Shown: positions 54,968 to 64,000, counted from the stretch's first letter. The stretch is 64,000 bases of DNA from Gammaproteobacteria bacterium (GCA_016936855.1 JAFGXA010000053.1:41620-105619), one strand, 5' to 3'. The notes: a model not told the origin generated them from the sequence alone. Numbers and translations are program-made.

Positions 54968-55437
54968 ATATACTCAACCTTCACAATTTCGTATTCGACA
55001 ACCCCGCCGGGAGTTATTATTTCGGCAATATCATCTATTTCTTTGCCAATTAAGCCGCGAGCAATTGGGGATGTTACCGATATTTTGGCTTCCTTTATGT
55101 CGGCTTCTTCTTCACCAACTATTTGATAATGTAACTCTTCATCGGTTTCAATATTGATCAGGTGCACCGTGGCTCCAAAGACTACACGATCTTGCTCTTT
55201 AATACTGGCAACATCTATTATTTGTGCATTAGCTATTTTATATTCAAGGTCCCTGATCCTGGCTTCAGTTAAACCTTGTTGTTCACGCGCTGCGTGATAC
55301 TCGGCGTTTTCCTTTAAATCGCCAAGAGCACGTGCTTCAGCGATGGTCTGACTGATAATTGGCCGTTGTTTTTTAAGCTTATTCAGTTCTTCGCGCAGTT
55401 TTTCTGCGCCCTGTTTAGTTAGTGGTATCGTTTGCAT
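54964..55437 (-). CDS. greA: Transcription elongation factor GreA
   Basis: 157 aa. N-terminal coiled coil with [16 protein letters not shown], and a C-terminal FKBP-like domain. Confidence 0.95.
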   Translation of the reverse strand: MQTIPLTKQGAEKLREELNKLKKQRPIISQTIAEARALGDLKENAEYHAAREQQGLTEARIRDLEYKIANAQIIDVASIKEQDRVVFGATVHLINIETDEELHYQIVGEEEADIKEAKISVTSPIARGLIGKEIDDIAEIITPGGVVEYEIVKVEYI

Positions 55438-55493
55438 AAGATGATTTTAGCGCATATCTTTCATTTGGTGAAGGGATCAGGCAAAATTACCGT

Positions 55494-55865
55494 ATGGATA
55501 TGTTGCAACCTTATCGTAAAGCCGCTTGGCAGTTGATTATTTGGCAGTTTGTGTTAATCATGTTGATTGCCTTTTTGTGGCTGCTATTTAGTGATAACTC
55601 AACCACAAATTTTATTTCAACGATTTTAGGTGGTGTTGCAGTAATCTTGCCAACAAGCTATTTTATTTGGCAGGTTTTTTATAAAAAAGTTGCTTCACCA
55701 CGCGCACTTCTAGTGCGTTTTCTTTTAGCAGAAATCATCAAGTTAATTTCAAGCGCTATATTGTTAGTTGCTTTTATTCACTATTTGCATCTGTCTTTAT
55801 TACCATCTATTAGCTCCTTTATGATTGCTTATTTAGCTACAATTGGTTTGGTGGCGAGATTGTAA
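55494..55865 (+). CDS. Small 4-TM membrane protein, AtpI-like (orphan)
   Basis: 123 aa. Its topology and the GGVAVILPT motif resemble E. coli AtpI (GGLAVFLPN), but no atp genes follow. Confidence 0.35.
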   Translation: MDMLQPYRKAAWQLIIWQFVLIMLIAFLWLLFSDNSTTNFISTILGGVAVILPTSYFIWQVFYKKVASPRALLVRFLLAEIIKLISSAILLVAFIHYLHLSLLPSISSFMIAYLATIGLVARL

Positions 55866-55970
55866 CATTTAATACTTTCTTAATTATAACTTGCTATATG
55901 ATGAATCGTCATCGGGTAGTGAAGGTGATAGTTTAACCTCGCGATTGTTGGGTGGAAATTAGATTCCGTA

Positions 55971-58133
55971 TCAATTATATTTTTGATTGCTTTTTATGTA
56001 ATTTTGCAAGGATTTCATCATGGTTTTTGCTGGGGAGTTTTTGGCAAAGTCTGAATTCAAATCCATGCTCCAGTAATGAGTTTTGCGGTTTACTAAAACG
56101 TAGTATGGTTTTTTGATCTTGTTAAAATGGTAGCAGACATTTTTACTGATAAAGTCGCAATCGTTTGGTTGTTTGTTTTTGATAACGGTGCTGGTTATGT
56201 TTAGTCCCTTTGGGTATTTGGCAAGAAACCAATTGCCAAAAAGAACGCCGAATTGTTTTTTCTTAAGTAAATTTTTTATTGCAGATTTTTTGAATAGTAG
56301 ATATTCGCTTTTTGGATTAATTGTATAAAGAGTCGTTAACTTTTTTAAGAGAAATTTTTGGGTAGTCCCGTTTTTTAATTGTTTTATCGAAAACATTGGC
56401 ATCCAGATGCCAGTTTCAAAAAACAACATACGTGGTTTGTTTTGGTTGGAGACTTTTTTGATAAGAAATCTTTTGAGTGATATGCCATCAGTTTTTTGAT
56501 CAGATTTGATGTTAAGTAAGTCTAATATTGTTGGGTTGATGTCGATTAGAGAAATAGGGTAACTATTGCTGTGTATTAAGCCATAAGGTAGGCCATAGGT
56601 TTTTATGCCAAATATTATATGATTGCTGGTATTAAAGCTCAGCATATCAATTCCTTCCCCTGATGAAGTGTTAAAATGCAACTTGCTAGAATCTCCAGTT
56701 TTAACAGTGTTGTTATATGGATACTTGGTTATTTTTTTTAAATCTTTTTTATTTCCTAGATATTTTTTAAAGCTAATAGAGCGATCGTTCGGCAACCCTA
56801 AACTTACGCCATGATCTGATAATAAAATTACTACAGCATGTTTTAATAAGTTATTATGGTGAAGAATTTTGAGGATTTGTGATAATTGACGATCAATGCT
56901 ATGAATGGTGTCATCATATTCTATGGCCCAATTATCAGGTTTATGATGATCATGTGCCCACACGTATGGCCAATGAGTTAATATTAAATGAATGCCTAAG
57001 AATAACGGTTTATTTGGGCGTTTGGCCAATTGATAGTTTAAAAGTTTATCGAAGGTGCTAGGTAGATAGGTTGCATAGGTGATGCGGTTAGCATAATTGT
57101 ATGGAAATAATAATCTGGCAAATGGAGTGTTCATTATTATGTTTGATAAGGGAAAATCATTGATCAAACTAAATATGAAATCATAAATTCCGGTTTTGGG
57201 GCCGATTATTTTATCGAAGCCAAAGCTTGGGTCTATAGGATTAAATTGTCTATTGTCCGATGCAAAAATGGTTGTATAGCCAATATTGTGCAGTGGTTTT
57301 GTGATGATTGATTTCAGATTTAATTGTTTTTCTGCAATTAAATTATCAACGGCTTTGCTGTGCTCTGGATAAAGCCCAGTTAAAATGGTATTCCAGGCGA
57401 CATAAGTGCGTGCTAGCGGCGAATGAGCCTGAGTGAAGTTGGCGCTGTGGGACAAGAGCCTATCGATGGCTGGGGTTTTGATTTTATATTTTGGATTGTT
57501 GATGTGGTCTGGTCTGATGGAATCTAAGCCAATTATTATTATATTTGGGTTTTTCTTGCTGCTGATAAAATTACTTGGCTTTGGGAAATAATAATATAAG
57601 CAAAAAATTATTGAAGAAATACTAATAACAATTAATATCATGAGCAACGGTAATTTTTTTCTTATAATCATATTAATTAAGCTAAAGGTTAATGCCAAAA
57701 TCAACAATCCCGCGCTTAAATGACATAGTATAATCGTATGCTTTGTAGATAATTTTAGATGAAAAATAGAGTGCGGATAATAAGTGCTGTTGGCGCTTAG
57801 AATAAATATTGCAGCAATAAACCAGACAAGAATTGTTAATAAATATGTTCTATTAGAGCTTAACTTAAATAATTCCGCGCAGTTTTTTCCCGCTTGATAA
57901 ATCGCTAAAAGAAGAATTGCATAAATTAAAACTTGGGAAAATATAAAGTGGACAAGTGGCATGAAGCTTAATTTTCCAGAAAACAGCAAATGGGCGATGT
58001 ACTGAACAACATAAGGATTGTGATTTCCTATATTCTCGCTGAACTGTTGGGTAAAATGTAGCATCTGCCAAGTTATGCTAATTATGGTTAAGGTAATTAG
58101 GGTGGTAATGGTTAGAATGTTATTTTGTTTCAT
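55971..58133 (-). CDS. Membrane-anchored sulfatase-like hydrolase/transferase (alkaline-phosphatase superfamily)
   Basis: 720 aa. An N-terminal block of about 190 aa of TM helices is followed by IIIIGLDSIRPDHIN (a DxxRADH-type metal/nucleophile motif) and LSDHGVSLG. The gene looks very AT-rich by eye. Confidence 0.65.
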   Translation of the reverse strand: MKQNNILTITTLITLTIISITWQMLHFTQQFSENIGNHNPYVVQYIAHLLFSGKLSFMPLVHFIFSQVLIYAILLLAIYQAGKNCAELFKLSSNRTYLLTILVWFIAAIFILSANSTYYPHSIFHLKLSTKHTIILCHLSAGLLILALTFSLINMIIRKKLPLLMILIVISISSIIFCLYYYFPKPSNFISSKKNPNIIIIGLDSIRPDHINNPKYKIKTPAIDRLLSHSANFTQAHSPLARTYVAWNTILTGLYPEHSKAVDNLIAEKQLNLKSIITKPLHNIGYTTIFASDNRQFNPIDPSFGFDKIIGPKTGIYDFIFSLINDFPLSNIIMNTPFARLLFPYNYANRITYATYLPSTFDKLLNYQLAKRPNKPLFLGIHLILTHWPYVWAHDHHKPDNWAIEYDDTIHSIDRQLSQILKILHHNNLLKHAVVILLSDHGVSLGLPNDRSISFKKYLGNKKDLKKITKYPYNNTVKTGDSSKLHFNTSSGEGIDMLSFNTSNHIIFGIKTYGLPYGLIHSNSYPISLIDINPTILDLLNIKSDQKTDGISLKRFLIKKVSNQNKPRMLFFETGIWMPMFSIKQLKNGTTQKFLLKKLTTLYTINPKSEYLLFKKSAIKNLLKKKQFGVLFGNWFLAKYPKGLNITSTVIKNKQPNDCDFISKNVCYHFNKIKKPYYVLVNRKTHYWSMDLNSDFAKNSPAKTMMKSLQNYIKSNQKYN

Positions 58134-58169
58134 TGGTGCAGTTTAGCAAAGCAGTGCTAAATGACAACC

Positions 58170-58313
58170 GTAGGGGCGGCCCCATGTGGCCGCCCGTGCT
58201 AAATTGGTACTGTGCTAATTTTGATTAATGTTCAAATGGCGCGGGTGATGACGGTACCTTCGATTAGCAATATATTTTGTTTGGCAAATGTAGGGGCACG
58301 GCGTGCCGCACCT
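58170..58313 (+). repeat. GC-rich intergenic repeat family, copy D (1.5 tandem units)
   Basis: GTAGGGGCGGCC-CCATGT-GGCCGCCC hairpin (58170-58195). A full unit then follows: GATGACGGTAC (58247-58257), CGATTAGC, TTTGTTTGGCAAATGTAGGGGC (58277-58298) and the hairpin GGCAC-GGC-GTGCC. Confidence 0.7.
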
Positions 58314-58374
58314 GCTTTATTATACGTTTGGCCGGATTTACTTGTTTAATCTATTCAAGTATAGTGCAGCACCT

Positions 58375-59127
58375 ATGCGTATTTTAATAAGTAATGATGA
58401 TGGAGTGCATGCTCCCGGGCTGCTTGCCTTAGTTGATGAGTTGAGCAAAGTTGCTGAATTAGATGTATTAGTGCCAGATCGAAATAAAAGTGGCGCTAGT
58501 AGTTCTCTGACCTTAGGCTATCCTTTACGCCCCCAAATTTTGCGAAATGGTTTTATCTGTTTGGATGGAACTCCAACAGATTGCGTACATTTGGCTCTGT
58601 CCGGTTATTTACAACATAAACCCGACCTGATTGTGTCTGGCATTAATAGTGGTCCCAATTTGGGCGAAGACACGATTTATTCAGGTACAGTTGCCGCTGC
58701 AATCGAAGCTTACTTTTTTGGCATACCGTCTATTGCTATGTCGTTGGATTGTCATGGCGATGGTCATTTTGATACGGCAGCCAAAGTTGCAAGGCAACTG
58801 GTTGAGCGTTTTAGTAAAAATGCTCTAAATCCAACTTCACTGCTGAACGTTAATGTACCAAATGTCCCGTTTGCGAAGCTTCAGGGTATTGAAGTTGTGC
58901 GTTTAGGCAGAAGACATACGGCGAATAACGTTGTGCATGGCAAAGATGGGCGTGGCCAATTGATTTATTGGACGGGTCCAGCTACTGATGGCAAGGATGC
59001 TGGTGTTGGTACTGACTTTTATGCGTTAGAACACAACAAAGTTGCTATTACACCTTTACAATTGGACTTGACTAATTACGCAGCTTTTGATGATATCTCT
59101 AAATGGGGCGAAGACTTAATCAGATAG
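58375..59127 (+). CDS. surE: 5'/3'-nucleotidase SurE
   Basis: MRILISNDDGVHAPGL is the canonical N-terminus. The ORF-track GTG start at 58303 lies inside the repeat element and is rejected. Confidence 0.9.
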   Translation: MRILISNDDGVHAPGLLALVDELSKVAELDVLVPDRNKSGASSSLTLGYPLRPQILRNGFICLDGTPTDCVHLALSGYLQHKPDLIVSGINSGPNLGEDTIYSGTVAAAIEAYFFGIPSIAMSLDCHGDGHFDTAAKVARQLVERFSKNALNPTSLLNVNVPNVPFAKLQGIEVVRLGRRHTANNVVHGKDGRGQLIYWTGPATDGKDAGVGTDFYALEHNKVAITPLQLDLTNYAAFDDISKWGEDLIR

Positions 59128-59783
59128 TTTTAGTTTTTTTGTCTGCTATGATGTTGGCATCTTGCACTGGCAACATTGCAGAGGCTCCTGTCTACGAAGG
59201 TTGGCAGTTAATATCAGGAGTGCGTGCCCATTATACAGTGGTTCCCGGAGATACTCTTTATTCTATAGCTTGGAGCTATGGTCTTGATTATAGAGACCTA
59301 GCTTATGCCAATGGGTTGAGTGCACCATACCATTTAAGAGTTGGTCAAAAACTAACTATTTCATCCAAGCATTATGTAGATCGTGAGCACTTTGCTAAAG
59401 TTAGTAAGTGGCGATGGCCAGCCAGAGGTCATGTTGTTAGGCGTTTTGGTAAAGGGATTGTTGCCAATAAGGGTATTGACATAAAAGGAAAATTTGGCGA
59501 GTCAATTTTGGCTACCGCATCTGGGCGAGTGGTTTACTGCGGTTCTGGATTGCCTGGCCTCGGAAAATTGATTATCATTAAACATAATGCTAACTATCTC
59601 AGTGCGTACGCATATAACCAGTCTATTTTGGTGCGTAATCATCAAGTGGTGTACGCTGGGGAACAAATTGGTAGAATGGGACGGCATAATGGAGTTGTTA
59701 TGCTTCATTTTGAAATAAGACGCAATGGAGTGCCAATCAATCCTTTGCTTTATTTATTAAAGGAAAAATCGCTTAATGAGTGA
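59103..59783 (+). CDS. nlpD: NlpD-like LysM + degenerate M23 peptidase lipoprotein
   Basis: Lipobox MLASC, LysM (YTVVPGDTLYSIAWSYGLDYRDLAYANGL), and an M23 domain ending MLHFEIRRNGVPINPLLYL. The first His of HxH is absent, as in the E. coli NlpD sequence RLHFEIR. Confidence 0.85.
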   Translation: MGRRLNQIVLVFLSAMMLASCTGNIAEAPVYEGWQLISGVRAHYTVVPGDTLYSIAWSYGLDYRDLAYANGLSAPYHLRVGQKLTISSKHYVDREHFAKVSKWRWPARGHVVRRFGKGIVANKGIDIKGKFGESILATASGRVVYCGSGLPGLGKLIIIKHNANYLSAYAYNQSILVRNHQVVYAGEQIGRMGRHNGVVMLHFEIRRNGVPINPLLYLLKEKSLNE

Positions 59784-60627
59784 AAAAGATCTAATAACTG
59801 ATCCTACTAGGATTTACCTAAATCAAATTGGTTATACGCCGCTACTAACTGCTGAAGAAGAGGTGGATTTAGCTCATAGGTTTCAGGGTGGAGATACGAT
59901 GGCGCGCAATGAATTAATTGAGCGCAATTTGCGTTTGGTGGTTAGTATTGCCAGGCGCTATATGAATCGCGGTTTGGATTTAAGTGATTTGATAGAAGAG
60001 GGTAATTTAGGATTGATGCATGCAGTTGAGAAGTATGACCCAGATTTAGGGTTCAGATTTTCTACTTATGCAACTTGGTGGATTAGGCAGAGTGTTGAGC
60101 GCGCCATTATGAATAAGGGGCGTACGATACGATTGCCGGTTTATCTTGTTAAAGAATTATCAACTTATTACAGCACATTTAATAAGTTGCAAGAAAAACT
60201 AAAACATGTGCCAACAGTTGAAGAAGTGGCAAAAGAGTTAAAGCGACCGGTCGAGGATATTAAAAAATTAATTGATTTTGGTAAGGATGTCGTATCTTTA
60301 GATCAGAAGGTCTTTGATGATAGTGATCGTTCAATGCTGGATGAAGTAGTTGATGATAATGGCTCTGATCCTCTTGGTACTCTTATCAGCGGAGATATGC
60401 GGAAAACTTTGGAAGAATGTATTGATGAATTGGATGTCAAATTCAAAAGCATTTTGATTCGTCGCTTCGGTTTATTTGGTCACAAACGCCAAACGCTAGA
60501 TGAAGTTGGTAGTGTTTTAGGTTTCACCAGGGAACGTATCAGACAATTGCAGGTCGTGGCTTTGCGTCGCTTGCGTCTCATTTTGGCTCGTCGAGGCATA
60601 GATTCGGATTTGTTACAGGATTTGTAG
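59776..60627 (+). CDS. rpoS: RNA polymerase sigma factor RpoS
   Basis: Group-2 sigma70 with regions 2-4 (YMNRGLDLSDLIEEGNLGLMHAVEKYDP...FSTYATWWIRQ). Directly downstream of nlpD. Confidence 0.85.
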   Translation: MSEKDLITDPTRIYLNQIGYTPLLTAEEEVDLAHRFQGGDTMARNELIERNLRLVVSIARRYMNRGLDLSDLIEEGNLGLMHAVEKYDPDLGFRFSTYATWWIRQSVERAIMNKGRTIRLPVYLVKELSTYYSTFNKLQEKLKHVPTVEEVAKELKRPVEDIKKLIDFGKDVVSLDQKVFDDSDRSMLDEVVDDNGSDPLGTLISGDMRKTLEECIDELDVKFKSILIRRFGLFGHKRQTLDEVGSVLGFTRERIRQLQVVALRRLRLILARRGIDSDLLQDL

Positions 60628-60628
60628 G

Positions 60629-60658
60629 CTTGAATTTTAGCAAAATACGCCATACATA
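60629..60658 (+). promoter_or_regulatory. Candidate sigma32 heat-shock promoter of clpB
   Basis: CTTGAA (60629-60634), 13-15 nt spacer, CGCCATACATA (60648-60658), compared with the consensus CTTGAAA-N13-15-CCCCATNT. It lies 40 nt upstream of the clpB ATG. Confidence 0.45.
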
Positions 60659-60697
60659 TATTCTATAGTTCCCATAAATTTGTGGAGGAAACAGAAT

Positions 60698-63268
60698 ATG
60701 CGTATGGATAAACTAACTACTAATTTTCAAAATGCTTTGGCGGATGCGCAATCTATTGCTGTTGGGCGCGATAATCAATTTATTGAACCCGTGCATGTGC
60801 TGCTAGCCCTATTAAACCAAGCTGGTGGTGCTGTTTCGCCGCTTTTAGGTAAAGCCAATGTTAATCTCGAAGTATTGCGTCAAGAGTTAGCTGGACTGTT
60901 GGATCAGTTGCCGCAAGTAAGTGGTGTGGCAGGGGACGTTCGTATTTCAAATGAATTGGCGCGTGTCCTAAATATTACTGATAAATTGGCACAAGAACGC
61001 GGGGATCAATTTATCTCTAGCGAACTTTTTGTGTTGGCAGTTATGGAAGCTAAGAGTAATGTTGCTAAGGTCTTAATAAAGGCAGGCGCAAGAGAAGAAA
61101 ATCTAAGGCAGGCAGTTGCTGATTTGCGCGAGGGTGAACAGGTCAATAGTGCAGGTCAAGAAGAGCAGCGTGGTGCTTTGAGTAAATATACAATTGATGT
61201 TACCGAGCGTGCTGAGCAAGGTAAATTGGATCCAGTAATAGGTCGCGATGATGAAATTAGACGTACTATTCAAGTATTACAGCGTCGCACTAAAAATAAT
61301 CCTGTTTTGATTGGTGAGCCTGGGGTTGGTAAAACTGCAATCGTTGAAGGTTTAGCGCAACGCATTGTGAATAAAGAAGTGCCGGAAGGTCTAAAAGATA
61401 AGCGTATTTTAGCATTGGATATGGGTTCTTTATTGGCTGGTGCTAAATTCCGCGGGGAATTTGAAGAAAGATTAAAGGGGGTTCTTAAAGAATTAAGCAA
61501 GAGGGAAGGCAAAGTAATTTTATTTATTGACGAATTGCATACCATGGTCGGTGCTGGTAAAGCCGAGGGTGCGATTGATGCAGGCAATATGTTAAAACCA
61601 GCTTTAGCGCGTGGAGAATTGCATTGTATTGGCGCAACGACTCTAGATGAATACCGCAAATATTTAGAAAAAGACGCAGCTTTAGAGCGCAGGTTTCAAA
61701 AGGTTTTAGTCTTAGAGCCAGATGTTGAAGATACCATCGCTATTTTGCGTGGTCTAAAAGAAAAATATGAAGTACATCACGGCGTGGATATTACCGATCC
61801 AGCACTGGTTGCAGCTGCAACATTATCGCAACGTTATATCACTGATCGGCAATTACCGGATAAAGCTATCGATCTAATTGATGAAGCGGCAAGTCAAATT
61901 CGTATGGAGATGGACTCAAAGCCGGAAGAGATGGACAAATTAGATAGACGCCTTATTCAGTTAAAAATCGAACGAGAGGCTTTGAAAAAAGAGAAGGATG
62001 TAGCATCAAAAGAACGCCTAAAAACTTTAGATGATGAGATTACAAAACAAGCGAAAAAATACGCAGATTTAGAAGAAATATGGAAGGCTGAGAAAGCGGA
62101 GCTGCAGGGTTCGCAGCAGCTAAAAGAACAGTTAGATCAATTGCGTTTGGAGATGGAGGCGGCGCAACGTGGTGGTGATTTGACTAAAATGGCAGAATTG
62201 CAATATGGCAAAATCCCAGAGATAGAGAAAAAATTGCAGGAAGCGGCTAAAGCAGAAAAAAAGGAAAGCATATTGCTGCGCAACAAGGTTACTCCCGAAG
62301 AGATTGCTGAAGTGGTGGCCAAGTGGACGCATATTCCAGTTAGCAAAATGCTTGAAGGTGAAAAAGATAAGTTGTTGCGTATGGAAGAGAGTTTGCATCA
62401 GCGTGTTGTAGGTCAAGATGAAGCAATTAAAGCAGTAGCTAATGCGATTCGTCGTGCGCGTGCTGGTTTATCAGACCCTGCCAAGCCAATTGGTTCTTTT
62501 TTGTTTTTGGGTCCAACTGGTGTTGGTAAAACTGAGCTATGTAAAGCATTGGCAGAATTTATGTTTGATACCAGTGACGCCATGATTCGCATTGATATGT
62601 CTGAGTTCATGGAGAAGCATTCAGTTGCACGTTTAATTGGCGCACCTCCGGGTTATGTTGGTTATGAGGAGGGTGGTTATCTTACCGAAGCTATCAGGCG
62701 TAGGCCTTATTCGGTAATTTTATTGGATGAAATCGAAAAAGCTCACAATGATGTGTTTAATATTTTGCTACAAGTTTTAGATGATGGAAGATTGACTGAT
62801 GGTCAGGGACGCACTGTTGATTTTCGCAACACCGTGGTAATTATGACCTCGAACTTGGGTTCAGATTTGATCCGCGATTTAGCGGGACAAGATTATAATG
62901 TCGTTAAAGATGGTGTTATGGAAGTCGTAAGTACTCATTTTCGCCCAGAATTCATCAATCGTATTGATGAGACTGTGGTCTTTCATGCTTTAACTCTTGA
63001 TATGATTCGCTCGATTGCCAATATTCAAATTGCACGTCTTAAGACTCGACTTGAATCTCAAGAAGTAAGCTTCACCATTACTGATAAAGCGCTAGATTTT
63101 CTATCTGATAAAGGGTTTGATCCGGTTTATGGCGCAAGACCTTTAAAAAGAGCCATTCAGCACTACTTGGAAAATCCGTTAGCACAGGATTTACTGGCTG
63201 GTAAGTTTTCTGGCAATAAAGAGATTAAGGTTGATGTTAATGATCAAGGCTTGGTGTTTATCTCTTAA
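60698..63268 (+). CDS. clpB: ATP-dependent chaperone ClpB
   Basis: [35 protein letters not shown] resembles E. coli [35 protein letters not shown]. Two AAA+ modules ([16 protein letters not shown]) flank a long middle coiled coil. SD GGAGGA is 8 nt upstream. Confidence 0.95.
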   Translation: MRMDKLTTNFQNALADAQSIAVGRDNQFIEPVHVLLALLNQAGGAVSPLLGKANVNLEVLRQELAGLLDQLPQVSGVAGDVRISNELARVLNITDKLAQERGDQFISSELFVLAVMEAKSNVAKVLIKAGAREENLRQAVADLREGEQVNSAGQEEQRGALSKYTIDVTERAEQGKLDPVIGRDDEIRRTIQVLQRRTKNNPVLIGEPGVGKTAIVEGLAQRIVNKEVPEGLKDKRILALDMGSLLAGAKFRGEFEERLKGVLKELSKREGKVILFIDELHTMVGAGKAEGAIDAGNMLKPALARGELHCIGATTLDEYRKYLEKDAALERRFQKVLVLEPDVEDTIAILRGLKEKYEVHHGVDITDPALVAAATLSQRYITDRQLPDKAIDLIDEAASQIRMEMDSKPEEMDKLDRRLIQLKIEREALKKEKDVASKERLKTLDDEITKQAKKYADLEEIWKAEKAELQGSQQLKEQLDQLRLEMEAAQRGGDLTKMAELQYGKIPEIEKKLQEAAKAEKKESILLRNKVTPEEIAEVVAKWTHIPVSKMLEGEKDKLLRMEESLHQRVVGQDEAIKAVANAIRRARAGLSDPAKPIGSFLFLGPTGVGKTELCKALAEFMFDTSDAMIRIDMSEFMEKHSVARLIGAPPGYVGYEEGGYLTEAIRRRPYSVILLDEIEKAHNDVFNILLQVLDDGRLTDGQGRTVDFRNTVVIMTSNLGSDLIRDLAGQDYNVVKDGVMEVVSTHFRPEFINRIDETVVFHALTLDMIRSIANIQIARLKTRLESQEVSFTITDKALDFLSDKGFDPVYGARPLKRAIQHYLENPLAQDLLAGKFSGNKEIKVDVNDQGLVFIS

Positions 63269-63690
63269 TTATTGTTCCAGTTGCCGATATCGCGATTGAT
63301 GCCGTTGCCGCCTTCTGTATTATCAGCACCAAGGGAATATAGGTCGTAGCTGGTGTTGTGTTGTCCTGGGCATGCGTAATGATATTCATGTCCCCAGGGG
63401 TCAACTGGAATAGATTGCAAATAACCGTGCCAGTTAGTTGGAGTTGGGTCAGCTTTTGGTTCATTGACTAACGCTTCTAATCCTTGTGCTGTGCTGGGGT
63501 AAAAGCCATTGTCCAAATTGTAAAGATCAAGGGCAGAACCAATATTTTCAATATCAGCTTTTACCTTTAGAATTTTTGCCTGATCTGGTCTGCCCATTAT
63601 TTTTGGAACTACGATAGCAGCTAGAATACCTAAGATAACAACTACCACCATTATTTCTAATAAAGTGAACCCCTGATTTTTGTTACTCAT
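63265..63690 (-). CDS. gspG: Type II secretion system major pseudopilin GspG (LspG)
   Basis: Prepilin leader and N-terminal helix: [29 protein letters not shown]. Also [12 protein letters not shown]...DPWGHEYHY. Confidence 0.9.
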   Translation of the reverse strand: MSNKNQGFTLLEIMVVVVILGILAAIVVPKIMGRPDQAKILKVKADIENIGSALDLYNLDNGFYPSTAQGLEALVNEPKADPTPTNWHGYLQSIPVDPWGHEYHYACPGQHNTSYDLYSLGADNTEGGNGINRDIGNWNNN

Positions 63691-63727
63691 AATTTATTCC
63701 TGTTTTTCAATGCGACAAATTTTATGA

Positions 63728-64000
63728 TTACCCGGCCAGCTGATCAAGTGAAAAAATTGGCAATAGAATTGCTAGCACAATAAATAATACAACCAGACCC
63801 ATCGTCATAATTAAAATTGGTTCAAAAAGACGTAAGGCTTTATCAAGAAATAAATTAAGATTGCGCTCCTCATTATTGGCAGCGCGCTCTAACATATTAG
63901 CTAATTCGCCACTGCTTTCTCCTGCTGCAATCAAGCTTATAGCAATGGGGTCAAATTGAGCGCTTTCTTTTAGTGCCAAAGAGAGGGCTCTACCAGACCT
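63728..64000 (-). CDS. gspF: Type II secretion system inner-membrane platform protein GspF (LspF), C-terminal fragment
   Basis: The C-terminal GspF pattern ...AGESSGELANMLERAA...FEPILIMTMGLVVLFIVLAILLPIF. The frame is open to the window edge. Confidence 0.8.
   Translation of the reverse strand, partial: RSGRALSLALKESAQFDPIAISLIAAGESSGELANMLERAANNEERNLNLFLDKALRLFEPILIMTMGLVVLFIVLAILLPIFSLDQLAG

Noticed and set aside
27834-58313. Whether the GC-rich hairpin repeats could be a CRISPR array or attachment sites
   Set aside because: The copies are dispersed over 30 kb, in both orientations, single or 1.5 units each, with no regular repeat-spacer periodicity. No cas genes or integrase are present.
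58303-58374. GTG-initiated N-terminal extension of surE (MPHLLYYTFGRIYLFNLFKYSAAP)
   Set aside because: The GTG lies inside the GC-rich repeat hairpin. The canonical SurE N-terminus MRILISNDDG begins at 58375.
61270-61659. 129-aa minus-strand ORF inside clpB, and similar ORFs at 62132-62416 and 62413-62610
   Set aside because: They are antisense to a highly conserved AAA+ gene and their translations are low-complexity. I treat them as shadow ORFs.

Overview
This window is 64 kb of chromosomal DNA from a visibly AT-rich gammaproteobacterium. The 3' end of the Dot/Icm type IVB gene icmB/dotO sits at the left edge and Lsp-type T2SS genes gspF/gspG at the right edge. Together with csrA, rpoS, ptsP (EI-Ntr), a eukaryotic-like protein kinase and an LpnR-like LuxR solo, this points to an intracellular member of the Legionellales (Legionella/Coxiella/Rickettsiella-like). 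That assignment is inference only. All calls rest on reading the ORF translations against motifs remembered from characterised families; no search, HMM or composition calculation could be run.

I call 66 protein-coding genes, 1 frameshifted gene and 1 tRNA-Gln(CUG). I see no rRNA, CRISPR array, transposase, integrase or phage genes. Most of the window is conserved housekeeping:
- Translation: fmt, gltX, leuS, trpS, prfA-prmC, rplM-rpsI.
- LPS and envelope: hldE-hldD, waaA, lolB, lptE, mlaA, lgt, dacA, rlpA, nlpD.
- Cofactors: ribF, coaX, nadD, lipB, a folD-like gene.
- Stress and regulation: csrA, sspAB, rpoS, clpB, greA, ptsP, rppH.

No clear-cut multi-gene novel system such as a defence island or biosynthetic cluster is visible. 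The unusual content sits in short insertions between core genes:
1. A TolC outer-membrane channel fused in frame to a DamX-type SPOR domain, followed by a coupled lysine-rich membrane protein.
2. A tightly coupled three-gene unit: pentapeptide-repeat K+-channel protein, Sfp-type phosphopantetheinyl transferase and a small polytopic membrane protein.
3. A csrA-orf271 bicistron.
4. A eukaryotic-like Ser/Thr kinase whose start overlaps the end of the ADP-heptose genes.
5. Three further orphan proteins that are candidate Dot/Icm substrates (271, 622 and 270 aa).
6. A FolD paralogue with substituted cyclohydrolase residues, coupled to a separate FchA/FTCD-C-type cyclohydrolase.
7. A HigBA-like toxin-antitoxin pair with a near-consensus promoter and palindrome that predict a leaderless toxin mRNA.
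8. A trpR-POT transporter operon in which the transporter carries a 1-nt frameshift.
9. A family of GC-rich modular hairpin repeats (REP/MITE-like) in at least five intergenic regions.
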